This document shows positions 9,082 to 18,358 of a DNA stretch of 58,599 nt, piece after piece. The notes under the pieces were generated by a model. It was given only the letters and a program-made list of their open reading frames with translations, was not told where the DNA came from and did not search any database. This DNA comes from Candidatus Thorarchaeota archaeon (GTDB lineage Archaea > Asgardarchaeota > Thorarchaeia > Thorarchaeales > Thorarchaeaceae). Both the position numbers and the translations under genes were made by a program. The DNA lies in assembly GCA_048882485.1 (NCBI GenBank), contig JBHLRP010000009.1:16118-74716 (forward strand), given 5' to 3'. Numbering within the stretch: position 1 is the first letter of the stretch; each line of letters opens with the position of its first letter.

Positions 9082-9906
9082 TCAGAAGAACACATCGAGA
9101 TCTTTGCCGGATACTATCTTCCCACCGTATCTGCTCTTGATTTCTTGGAGTAGTTCGGTCTCAGAACGTGACCAGAAAAGCTGGTGATATAAAACAAGGA
9201 GTTTCGGTTTTGACTGGGATGCAATCTCGGCAAGCTCATGGGTTGAGGTATGAACAGATGTATGATATCTTATCCAATCCGCCGTTCTGTCCTTCAAGGC
9301 GATTGCAGAATAGACCTCGTGTATCAGAACATCACAATCCCTGGCTCTCTCAACTAACACAGGAGTTGGAGCTGTGTCTCCGGAGATCACAATAGTGCGG
9401 TCGGCCGAAGTGAACTTGTACCCGTACGCAGGCCAAGAGCCGTGGACAACCGGGAATGCTTCAACTGAAACTCTCTCATCTTGATACACAATCCCAGGCG
9501 TATCATTATCGATCTCATGACATTCCACAACATAACTCTCAGGATTAGCTGGTTCTAGACCGTCTACCCGCTCTCGAATGTCTTCCTCATATGCCGCCAA
9601 GATATGATTAGTCATTGATTGAAGTCCTTTCGGTCCGTACACTACTAGTCTGGAAGTCCGACCATCCACAGCAGGAGTTAGAATTAGGTCAGGATATCCA
9701 GCGGTATGGTCCGAATGAAGGTGAGTCAGAAATCCGCGTGTCAGTTGAGATGGCTTCAATCCAGCCTCAATGGCTCTTCTAACTACCCCAGGACCAAAAT
9801 CGACGAGATATGGAGTATTGTCTACTATGACTGCGACTGACGGTCCAGAACGTGATGGATCGATACTGGGTGTGCCAGTGCCTAGCAGAATCACACTTGC
9901 GCCCAC
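9082..9906 (-). CDS. Metallo-beta-lactamase fold hydrolase (RNase Z/AtsA-like)
   Basis: LLGTG, THLHSDH, SGDT, LIHE, HTS. Confidence 0.88.
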   Translation of the reverse strand: MGASVILLGTGTPSIDPSRSGPSVAVIVDNTPYLVDFGPGVVRRAIEAGLKPSQLTRGFLTHLHSDHTAGYPDLILTPAVDGRTSRLVVYGPKGLQSMTNHILAAYEEDIRERVDGLEPANPESYVVECHEIDNDTPGIVYQDERVSVEAFPVVHGSWPAYGYKFTSADRTIVISGDTAPTPVLVERARDCDVLIHEVYSAIALKDRTADWIRYHTSVHTSTHELAEIASQSKPKLLVLYHQLFWSRSETELLQEIKSRYGGKIVSGKDLDVFF

Positions 9907-9908
9907 GT

Positions 9909-10559
9909 CTAAGCACTCAACTCATAGCCGCTATCTATCCATGCTTTCATCATCACCGGATTTCGCTTGAGGAATGCATTCATCGTTTTCTTTGGCACGC
10001 TGTTCAATGGACATGAGAAGTTAACACATCTTGGACAGATATTGAATTTCAACACACTCAGCCATATTCCAATCCCGGCAATTGTCAACCCAAGAAAGAG
10101 CAGCTGGTTGCTCAAGATAAGGAATGGAATTGGATAGCCGCCAAAGATGGTGAGAGCTACTAGGAATTGAATCTGATGAGATCGGCTCATTGGGCTCGGG
10201 TTATACGGCCAGGTCTTATACAGCCCATAGTTTGCATAGCAATGTAGAGTGTGGCCTTGCCCACCATCTTCAGCATAGAATGGACAATGACTACAAAGAA
10301 CCCTGTTTTCCCAGAGTTCGAAGAAGATTAGCCAATAGATGAAATATCCAATGACCAAAGGCCACATGCCACCAAGAAGCATTCCCCCAATGGAAGGAAT
10401 GAAGAACAGCATTGCACTGCCTCCAAACATCAACGTGTCGCTTCGATGCATCTCGCAGTGTATCTCATTGTGAAGCGAACAGTCGTCACACTCTTCCTTT
10501 GCTTTCCAGATGCATATATTGAAGGGATTCTTCTCAAGTTGGTCCGTTTCACTACTCAT
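9909..10559 (-). CDS. Cys-rich membrane protein of unknown function
   Basis: Four hydrophobic segments; CxxC motifs CDDC, CSHC, CPRC..FSC; start moved to MSSETD. Confidence 0.75.
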   Translation of the reverse strand: MSSETDQLEKNPFNICIWKAKEECDDCSLHNEIHCEMHRSDTLMFGGSAMLFFIPSIGGMLLGGMWPLVIGYFIYWLIFFELWENRVLCSHCPFYAEDGGQGHTLHCYANYGLYKTWPYNPSPMSRSHQIQFLVALTIFGGYPIPFLILSNQLLFLGLTIAGIGIWLSVLKFNICPRCVNFSCPLNSVPKKTMNAFLKRNPVMMKAWIDSGYELSA

Positions 10560-10692
10560 ATCCTCACACCAGCATACATCAATCCCTTTGCCACAACGAC
10601 CATTTAACATCTCTTGATGCATTTATCTGCTGATTCCCTTCAATCAGACAGACTAATAGGATGCCGAACTGCGATGAATTTGGGTGTGAAGA

Positions 10693-11121
10693 TTGAAGAT
10701 TGAGCCACTCCTAAATTCCCTGAAAGGAATGTCAATAGGCTTTTTATCAACTGTGCTAGACACACTCCCTGTGGAGTTCACCATAATCGACGCGGATGAC
10801 AACGTTCTGTTTTGGAACAGACATGGCATCCGGGTCTTCAAGAGAGGGCCCGCAGTGATCAGCAGAAATGTCAGGATGTGTCATCCAGCTGTGAGTATCG
10901 ACAAGGTTGAGCTGGTCATTGAACGCTTAAAGAGCGGAGAGGAAGACTACATTGATTTCTGGATTGACTTTCCAGATGGAGATACTCCGCGCAAGCTTCT
11001 GATTAGATACTATGCCCTCCGAGACGATGATGGCAATCATTTGGGGATATTAGAAACAACAATCAACTTGACACCTCTCCAGGCTTATACCGGTGAGTTC
11101 CGTCTTGGAGATCTCAAGTAG
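10693..11121 (+). CDS. PAS domain protein (DUF438-associated PAS type)
   Basis: LDTLPVEFTIIDADD, RNVRMCHP, IRYYALRD..G..LG.LE. Confidence 0.85.
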   Translation: MKIEPLLNSLKGMSIGFLSTVLDTLPVEFTIIDADDNVLFWNRHGIRVFKRGPAVISRNVRMCHPAVSIDKVELVIERLKSGEEDYIDFWIDFPDGDTPRKLLIRYYALRDDDGNHLGILETTINLTPLQAYTGEFRLGDLK

Positions 11122-11142
11122 CCAGAAAGAGCGAGGAGGTAC

Positions 11143-11892
11143 ATGATGAGACTGGAAGGGAAGACAGCTATTGTGACGGGGATGGGCGCAGGGATAGGAG
11201 AGTCTACCGCCAGACTATTCGCCAAGGAAGGGGGAGATGTAGTAGGGAATGACATCCTGGAGGAAGCCAGACATGTTGTTGATGCTATCCGTTCAGATGG
11301 CGGATCTGCAGTCTTTGTTAGAGGTGATGTTTCACTCACTGATATTGCAAAGGAGATAGTTGAAACAGCAATTGATACCTATGGCAGGCTGGACATTTTG
11401 GTAAATAATGCTGGAATCGTCTTGCCCGGACGTGTCGATAACACAAGTCCCGAGGACTGGGATCGAACAATGGCAGTCAATGTTCGTGGTCCATATCTTC
11501 TTTCCAAATTCGCCTATCCGCATCTGAAGGAGAGCAAAGGAACAATAATTCATGTTGCATCGGTTGCAGCTCTGATGGGACTCGGTAATCGTGCTGTCTA
11601 TACTGCATCTAAGGGGGCGCTTACTTCATTGACTCGTGCAATGGCCATGGACTACAAAGATGACAGGATTCGTGTGAACTGCATTTGTCCAGGAACCACA
11701 GACACTCCTTCTCTTGCTGACCGTCTATCTCAACTGCCTGATCCTGAAATTGCTCGAAAGGAGTTCATCGAAAGACAGCCTATGGGTCGACTGGGAACTC
11801 CAGAAGAGATTGCTGAGGGCATCATGTATCTTGCGCTAGCAGATTTTTGCACAGGGACGATTCTCTCAGTTGATGGAGGAATGTCTCTCTGA
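11143..11892 (+). CDS. Short-chain dehydrogenase/reductase
   Basis: TGMGAGIG, NNAG, YTASK, PG. Confidence 0.95.
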   Translation: MMRLEGKTAIVTGMGAGIGESTARLFAKEGGDVVGNDILEEARHVVDAIRSDGGSAVFVRGDVSLTDIAKEIVETAIDTYGRLDILVNNAGIVLPGRVDNTSPEDWDRTMAVNVRGPYLLSKFAYPHLKESKGTIIHVASVAALMGLGNRAVYTASKGALTSLTRAMAMDYKDDRIRVNCICPGTTDTPSLADRLSQLPDPEIARKEFIERQPMGRLGTPEEIAEGIMYLALADFCTGTILSVDGGMSL

Positions 11893-11971
11893 CTTTCAAT
11901 GGATGTCATCTCTAGAATCGAATGGTATTTACTCCATGAAGAGCTTGTGATTCTGTTAGTCTTTCAAGCAG

Positions 11972-12463
11972 GTGCATCTAGTGGAACTCGGTATGCGTAC
12001 GATTGGCATAATTAGGACCTCTTTTGAATCAGGATCATCGGTTCCCATACAATCTAGCAAATCCGACATCATTGGAGAGGCTCTAATTGATAATGAGTTC
12101 GTAGATGGATTGGAATCACTGGACCTGTTTTCCCATGCGATTCTTCTTTATTGGTTTCATAGAGCAAGCCCGCCAAAACTCAAGGTCGTGCCATATCTTG
12201 ACAAGCGTGAACGAGGGCTCTTCTCGACACGATCACCTTCACGACCAAACCCAGTTGGCATCTCAATAGTCAAGCTACTGAGAATCGAGGACAACCGTAT
12301 AGTCTTCAAAGGTGCTGACATGCTTGATGGTTCTCCCCTTATCGACATCAAGCCGTTCATTCCCGAATTTGACTGTAGACCCGATGCCAATTCAGGATGG
12401 CTAAGAGAGTTTCTGGACAAAGAAGGGCAGAGCTTTCTCGGTGATTCTCGTTTTGAGGATTAG
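11972..12463 (+). CDS. tsaA: tRNA (t6A37)-N6-methyltransferase TrmO/TsaA
   Basis: GLFSTRSPSRPNPVGIS, DMLDGSPLIDIKP. Confidence 0.92.
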   Translation: MHLVELGMRTIGIIRTSFESGSSVPIQSSKSDIIGEALIDNEFVDGLESLDLFSHAILLYWFHRASPPKLKVVPYLDKRERGLFSTRSPSRPNPVGISIVKLLRIEDNRIVFKGADMLDGSPLIDIKPFIPEFDCRPDANSGWLREFLDKEGQSFLGDSRFED

Positions 12464-12579
12464 AGTTGCCTACACTGATAGGTCACACATCATGAAACTC
12501 ACGAACTCATTGATGCAAACTCACTTATACTCCGACCAAATTAACTATAATGAATACAATAGAATGAGGAGGCTTTAGT

Positions 12580-13281
12580 ATGGAAGATATTCAAGCGTTC
12601 ACAGGCTTTCCAAAAGAGGGTCTGGGATTCCTTGCGGAACTGAAGGAGAACAACTACCGTGACTGGTTCAATGAACGAAAGAACGACTACCAAGAGCTTC
12701 TGGTGAAACCTGCACAGAGCTTCGTAGTTGCTCTTGGAGAACGACTCACCAGCCTCTCTGAAGATATGGTCTATGATACTCGCACCAATGGTAGCGGATC
12801 GATATTGCGCATCTATCGTGATGTTCGTTTCAGCAAGGACAAATCGCCCTACAACACAAGACTAAGAATTCGATTCTGGGAGGGACCTGGAAAGAAGAAG
12901 GAGCGACCTGGCTTCCTTATTGGGATGGATGAAACTGGTGGAGGAATCCATGGAGGATTGTGGATGTTTCCGAAACCGCTCCTAGAGAAATATCGAAAAT
13001 CCATTCTGAACAATAAGTCCGGAGCAAAGCTAGCTAAAGCAGTTGACAAGGTTAGGTCCCTTAAGGGATACAATCTTGGAGGTGAGCGCTACAAGAAAGT
13101 CCCTAGAGGCTATGATGCAAACCATCCTCGAGCTGAATTGCTCCGCTTCAATGGCCTTTATGCTAGTTCGCCAAAGATACCCGTAAGCATCTTGAAGAAA
13201 CCAGAACTAGTCGATGTCTGTTTCGAACACATATTGAAAATGACACCAATCCATGAATGGTTGGTTCAGCTAATGGGCTAA
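12580..13281 (+). CDS. DUF2461 (TIGR02453-like) protein
   Basis: NNYRDWF, RIYRDVRFSKDKSPY, KKVPRGY...HP. Confidence 0.88.
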   Translation: MEDIQAFTGFPKEGLGFLAELKENNYRDWFNERKNDYQELLVKPAQSFVVALGERLTSLSEDMVYDTRTNGSGSILRIYRDVRFSKDKSPYNTRLRIRFWEGPGKKKERPGFLIGMDETGGGIHGGLWMFPKPLLEKYRKSILNNKSGAKLAKAVDKVRSLKGYNLGGERYKKVPRGYDANHPRAELLRFNGLYASSPKIPVSILKKPELVDVCFEHILKMTPIHEWLVQLMG

Positions 13282-13364
13282 TTCATTTAGAGAAGTCTTG
13301 ATATCCACATGCTTTAACAAGCCCTGTTTATATCACAAGACCGGCAAGAATATGTTCTAGAGCG

Positions 13365-14861
13365 GTGGTGCTTTTCCTGTCTGGGTTGGAGGACCGAGTA
13401 GTCGAAACTGTGAGGAATTCTTCTACGATAGGTGTCACAATCAAACAGATTGCACTAGCGATAAATGAGGACCTCGAATCAGTGGACGGATGTGTTCAGG
13501 GTCTTCGGGATCGCGGTGCAGTTGTCCGGATGGGACGAGGCCTCTGGGTTCTAAAGGAGTTTGAACAGATAGAAAATGATCCCGAGTTCATTAGTCCTGC
13601 AGAGTATGAGGAAAGATTCGTTGACCAATATGGCATTCAATTATCGAAGTATGATGGTGCTACCATAACATTCTCTTCAAACCACTTCATGGAGAGGAAG
13701 ATTCAGAGGTGGGCTCCTTATGTGCAGGGATTCTCAGCTGACTTTGTAGACCATATGTTACATCGCTATGATGTGAAACCTGGTCAGAAAGTACTCGATC
13801 CATTCGTAGGCAGTGGAACAGTACTCGTGAGCGCTAAAATGAAAGGGATAGACGCGATTGGTGTCGACCTCGCGCCATTAATGTCCTTCATGACCCGAGT
13901 AAAGACAGACTGGGATTTGGACGTGAATATGGTGCGAAGCGAACTCGAAGGGCTTGACTGGACTCAGGAGCCAAGATTGAGTTCACCAACCTTTCTCAAG
14001 AGGTGGAAGGCACACTTCAATGAGGGAGCTCTGAGGAACCTACTCATTCTCAAGCAGTCTATATCGGATGTCATGCAGCCAAAGGTTCGCGATCTGTTCA
14101 GATTGGCTTTTTCCAGCATAATGGTTGACTGCAGCAACCTGAAACGTTCACCATGTTTGGGATATGATAAGACCAAGACCGTCATTGATGATGCACCTTT
14201 CAACTTCTTCAGAGAGAAGGTGCACGACATGATAGATGACCTTACACATGTTCAGAATCAGCCTCAAGGTCAAGTCGAAGTAATAACAGGTGATTCAAGA
14301 CTAATCCAATATGAGCCCAGTTCCATAGACATCGCCATCACAAGCCCTCCATATGTCAATGGATTGGATTACATCATTAACTACAAAATAGAGATGGCAT
14401 GGCTTGACATGGTGGGTAGCTATGAGGATCTCAGTCGATTGAAGGACGAAATGGTGGCATGTGACAATGTTTCGCGATCGGTCATCAGAGGGTTTTCTGA
14501 GAGGTCTGATACCTATGAAGATGCCTGGATTGAGGAGATTGCTGAGAGAGTTGCCTATAGAATCAATTCAAAGGAGGGCTATAGACGAAAAGACATGCAC
14601 AATGTTGTGCGGAAGTATTTTGATGATGTGTATCATGTCTTGAGGAATGTATTCCGGGGTCTCAGGAAGGGAGCACCGCTCATCATAGTCATCGGTGATT
14701 CACTCATTGCAGGTGTGTATATTCCTGCGGATCTCATCTTGGCAAGGATGGGAGCTGATATTGGCTTCACGATTGAATCTGTGGAGGTGGCGAGGTCCCG
14801 GCGTTCTGGGCAGAGAAGGTCTTTCAAACTGAGAGAGAGCATTGTGGTTCTGAAGAAGTAA
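13365..14861 (+). CDS. Amino-DNA methyltransferase (SPPY type, probably N4C; motif I before motif IV) with N-terminal wHTH
   Basis: RWAPYVQGFS, VLDPFVGSGT, ITSPPY; first ~65 aa HTH-like (VTIKQIALAI...GRGLW). Confidence 0.88.
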   Translation: MVLFLSGLEDRVVETVRNSSTIGVTIKQIALAINEDLESVDGCVQGLRDRGAVVRMGRGLWVLKEFEQIENDPEFISPAEYEERFVDQYGIQLSKYDGATITFSSNHFMERKIQRWAPYVQGFSADFVDHMLHRYDVKPGQKVLDPFVGSGTVLVSAKMKGIDAIGVDLAPLMSFMTRVKTDWDLDVNMVRSELEGLDWTQEPRLSSPTFLKRWKAHFNEGALRNLLILKQSISDVMQPKVRDLFRLAFSSIMVDCSNLKRSPCLGYDKTKTVIDDAPFNFFREKVHDMIDDLTHVQNQPQGQVEVITGDSRLIQYEPSSIDIAITSPPYVNGLDYIINYKIEMAWLDMVGSYEDLSRLKDEMVACDNVSRSVIRGFSERSDTYEDAWIEEIAERVAYRINSKEGYRRKDMHNVVRKYFDDVYHVLRNVFRGLRKGAPLIIVIGDSLIAGVYIPADLILARMGADIGFTIESVEVARSRRSGQRRSFKLRESIVVLKK

Positions 14862-15013
14862 GATCTGAGTGAAGACACCGTGATCAAATGGGAGGCAGTG
14901 GACTACATCACGACTGAGTTCACGGTGGACGAGCCGCATAGAATCAAGCGAACCGGAACTCTCACTCCTAAGATGGGACTAGCAAGCTATCTTCTTGGTA
15001 ATTTGGGTTGATT

Positions 15014-15505
15014 CTATGCAATTGCACGTCTGTATGGAACGTAGTCGGTCATCTGCACTTCTCTGCCAAGAAGTCGAAGCGCCATGACGATTTGACCCCG
15101 ATGATAGGCTGCATGATTGACGAGATGGAATAGAATCTCATCAAATCTGATCGTGATGTCCCTTCCCCCACTCTCAAATGTGATCTTGTCCACAACAGTG
15201 TTATCAATCATCCTGAGGAATTTATCGACGTAGTCCCTTAGGAACTTGAACAAAGCCTCTCTACTCATCCCATCAAAGTCCGGCTCATGATCTGGGTCCT
15301 TGTCAATCCAATCGTGATACCATTCCCATGTGTCTTGTGCAAGATGAACGTATCGCTTCCTGATGCTGCCCCCGCCCTCTCCAATAGATCCATCGAATTC
15401 CTCATCGCTCAGTCCCTGCACGATATCCCATATTGTCTTGTCAGCCCAGATGAGATATTGTCCCATTTTCTCAAGAAGGTTCATACTGCCTTTGCTGTGA
15501 ATCAC
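15014..15505 (-). CDS. DinB family protein
   Basis: YLIWAD, SIR...HL, HLVNHAAYHRGQI. Confidence 0.9.
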   Translation of the reverse strand: MIHSKGSMNLLEKMGQYLIWADKTIWDIVQGLSDEEFDGSIGEGGGSIRKRYVHLAQDTWEWYHDWIDKDPDHEPDFDGMSREALFKFLRDYVDKFLRMIDNTVVDKITFESGGRDITIRFDEILFHLVNHAAYHRGQIVMALRLLGREVQMTDYVPYRRAIA

Positions 15506-15525
15506 CTACATAAACATCTGGATAT

Positions 15526-16890
15526 TCATGCTAGATTGTAGCACCGACTCAGAGTGGCCATGTTCCCAGAGGAGTCGATTGCAGTGACTGTGAAATCATA
15601 ATATCCGGGCTCTAGCTCAAAGATAACACGGCCGAAGGTGCTATTCGCCCAGAAAATGGGATTGAGAACACGGTTGAATTGCCACACTTCACCGTTTCCA
15701 TGTATAGTCATATTTACATCCTGAATGAAACTCTCCCTGTCAACGACATCAGCGATGAAAGCAACACCGTTCTCAGTGACTAAAGCCCGAAGGTTCTCTA
15801 TCACTGGTTTTGATGAATCTTCTGAAATAGCTGGGATGATCTTTATCCTCTGGCCATGTGGAGCAGAGTCTAACAGGAGGTATTTCTTGGAATCGTCTTC
15901 TATCACTAAGAACCTATCAGAAATCTTGCCTCCATCAGTCACACAAATATCATTCCATGATGCAGGTATCTCAATTCGATAGGTGATTGGAATGCCATAG
16001 TCGAAATCACTTCCAATTGCAGTCACAAATGAAACCATAGAGTCAGCACTAGCATGTCTCTCTATACGGACATTTTCTCTGGTGATCTGATAAGCGACGG
16101 CTTCTCCCCAACTTGTATACCATGTGTCATTCCTGAAGGCGATTCTTTGAAGCGCCTCGAAGAATTCATCCCGCTCCTCGTCGCTGAACCATCTTGAGTG
16201 TCCATAGCATTTGTATGCTCGATGAACACCATCATTATGGGAAACCATCCGATTGAACGAGCTGATGAGTCTACTTATTGTCGAACCCCGAACTCCATCA
16301 ACGCTGGGAAATGAATGCAGGGCATTGCCCTCTCTTTGTATAGGCCATGACCCAATTTGATTTCCAGTTTCATACATGATACCTCTGCCTATCTTGAAGT
16401 ATTTCCTCACAAGCTGCTGGACTACATCATTTTGGGATCCGTAAGGATATGCGAATAAGATGGGTGCATAACCATAGATTTCCTCAATATCCACAACGCT
16501 CTGCTGGAGGAGTTCCTCACAATATGATACATTGATTGTAGCGTGATGCACGTGCAGTCTAGAGTGGGACTGGATGTCATGGCCACGGAAAAGCATATCC
16601 AGTCCCCAGAGTCTTTTGTACTGGATCTGGCTGGTAACCGCGAAGGTGGTATGTTGAAATCCAAGCTGATCTTCAAGGAATGAAAACTGTAGATCATCTC
16701 CTCCATCATCCCATGAGAACATGAATGCATACTGTTTTCCCCCCCTGAATACCTCCACTGTTGGCTCCTTCAAGAACATCAGCTTTCCTCCGGATCCCAC
16801 AATCTGAATCACTTCCATAGAGAGCACTAGGAGGATTATGGCTGTAAGTGTGCATCTTTTGATTCTCATTCTGCCTGACCTTCTATCCAC
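15526..16890 (-). CDS. Secreted or membrane-anchored polysaccharide deacetylase (NodB-like) with C-terminal Ig-like domain
   Basis: Hydrophobic N-terminus, FSWDDG, HDIQSHSRLH, FAYPYG, VTAIDSSGN. Confidence 0.8.
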   Translation of the reverse strand: MDRRSGRMRIKRCTLTAIILLVLSMEVIQIVGSGGKLMFLKEPTVEVFRGGKQYAFMFSWDDGGDDLQFSFLEDQLGFQHTTFAVTSQIQYKRLWGLDMLFRGHDIQSHSRLHVHHATINVSYCEELLQQSVVDIEEIYGYAPILFAYPYGSQNDVVQQLVRKYFKIGRGIMYETGNQIGSWPIQREGNALHSFPSVDGVRGSTISRLISSFNRMVSHNDGVHRAYKCYGHSRWFSDEERDEFFEALQRIAFRNDTWYTSWGEAVAYQITRENVRIERHASADSMVSFVTAIGSDFDYGIPITYRIEIPASWNDICVTDGGKISDRFLVIEDDSKKYLLLDSAPHGQRIKIIPAISEDSSKPVIENLRALVTENGVAFIADVVDRESFIQDVNMTIHGNGEVWQFNRVLNPIFWANSTFGRVIFELEPGYYDFTVTAIDSSGNMATLSRCYNLA

Positions 16891-17238
16891 TAGTTGCTTG
16901 ATCCATCGATTCTGCCATCGCGTGCCGGGCTATTCACCCGCTATGCGTGCCTTGTTTCACCAAAAGGAAAGCGTCACTTCCGAAGCGACTTCCCCACACC
17001 GAGTCGCAATGGAAATCCAGAACTTCTGCACTGATGCAGAGAGTGTCAAGTCGTATTCCGACGTGATTCTCATTGCTGGTATTCTGAGTTATACTCCTCC
17101 CGAATTGATAATATGCTACGCATTGAACACATTTGTTCAACACATTGTACACAAGACACATTTTCTGTACATGATTTCGAACACGTCCATTCTCCTATCG
17201 ATAGATTAAGTTGGGCTTGCACCACTCTATTGAAGGCC

Positions 17239-18276
17239 ATGAAACTCACTCCAAAACAAAAAGAACGGTATTCACGGATGCTTGCCCTCCAAGATTTCTC
17301 AGAGAGTGATATGGAGTCAATAGCTGCATCGACCGTTTCTGTGGTAGGTGCAGGTGGCTTGGGAAGCCCGGCTCTCCGTCTATTGACAGCCATTGGATTT
17401 GGTAAGATACGAATTATCGATCGAGATATCGTTGAGTTATCTAACATTCAACGGCAGACAGTATACAACACAGTGGACATTGGCATGCCTAAGGCTGAAG
17501 CTGCTGCTGCAAATCTTGCGTTACTTAACCCAAATGTCGAGTTCGACCCCATAAGCGCCTCTCTGGACGAGGACAATGCAAGAACTCTCCTCAAGCAGTC
17601 TGACATCATAGTTGATGGCCTTGACTCCTTCAAAACCAGATTTGCTGTCAATCGAGTCAGTGTGGCCCTAAAGATTCCCTATGTGTTCGCCGGAGCAATC
17701 GAGTTTCATAGTAATTTGAGCACCTTCATTCCTGACAAGACCGGTTGTCTCCACTGCCTTTCAGGGGATGCACAAGACAATCCTGACTATACCTGCGCAA
17801 ATGTAGGAGTGACACCAGAGATTCTATCCATTGTATCATCCATACAGGTAAGAGAAGCAGTCCTTCTTGCTACAGGACGAGAGCCTCGTCTTGCGAATCG
17901 ACTCATGTTCATCGACATTGCCTCATTGAGCTTTGACTTCTTTGATATCGGTAGAGATGAAGACTGTCCAGTCTGTTCATTGGGGTCGACCCAGCAATCG
18001 TTCGCCCAATCTGAATTGCCAAGAGTGACCACCTTATGTTCAGGCACTTTCAATTTGACTCCTGGATCGCCCATCGAGTTGGATTTGGACTCAATGGCAG
18101 AACGACTGGGAGGTTCATATGAAATCAAGCAGGCAAAAAGATGGCTCAAGATTCGGACAGAATCTGATGCAGAGGTGACTCTCATGCCACAGGCAAACGC
18201 AATCATCAAGGGAGTCAAATCAGAGCAAGAGGCTCTCGAGATCTATCAGGCCATTCTGGGATACCTTGTGAGATAG
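17239..18276 (+). CDS. moeB: MoeB/ThiF family adenylyltransferase (E1-like) with C-terminal extension
   Basis: RYSR, VVGAGGLG, DRDIVELSNIQRQ, CLHC, TC...GV, CPVC; start moved to MKLTPK. Confidence 0.9.
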   Translation: MKLTPKQKERYSRMLALQDFSESDMESIAASTVSVVGAGGLGSPALRLLTAIGFGKIRIIDRDIVELSNIQRQTVYNTVDIGMPKAEAAAANLALLNPNVEFDPISASLDEDNARTLLKQSDIIVDGLDSFKTRFAVNRVSVALKIPYVFAGAIEFHSNLSTFIPDKTGCLHCLSGDAQDNPDYTCANVGVTPEILSIVSSIQVREAVLLATGREPRLANRLMFIDIASLSFDFFDIGRDEDCPVCSLGSTQQSFAQSELPRVTTLCSGTFNLTPGSPIELDLDSMAERLGGSYEIKQAKRWLKIRTESDAEVTLMPQANAIIKGVKSEQEALEIYQAILGYLVR

Positions 18277-18358
18277 CTAACATGGATATGCAAAGGCATC
18301 CTACTGTATATTAGGCGGATGCACATCATTAGATTTCTTCGGAGGATGTTGAGTACCT

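Noticed and set aside
12493-12523. Three AACTCA direct repeats upstream of the DUF2461 gene
   Set aside because: Too short and irregularly spaced
17125-17138. GAAC...GTTC as a Gram-positive LexA box
   Set aside because: Spacer is 6 nt rather than 4, and the context is archaeal
17113-17238. Extended N-termini in the ORF track (moeB; also tkt, sor and the ferritin-like gene)
   Set aside because: Family similarity and RBS position favour downstream starts at 17239, 29004, 33964 and 38173
16934-17447. Cys-rich frames (e.g. CSKSC...CVQC) as RiPP precursors or metallothioneins
   Set aside because: Cys codons come from the TGT-rich repeat array and occur in several frames; one frame is antisense to moeB
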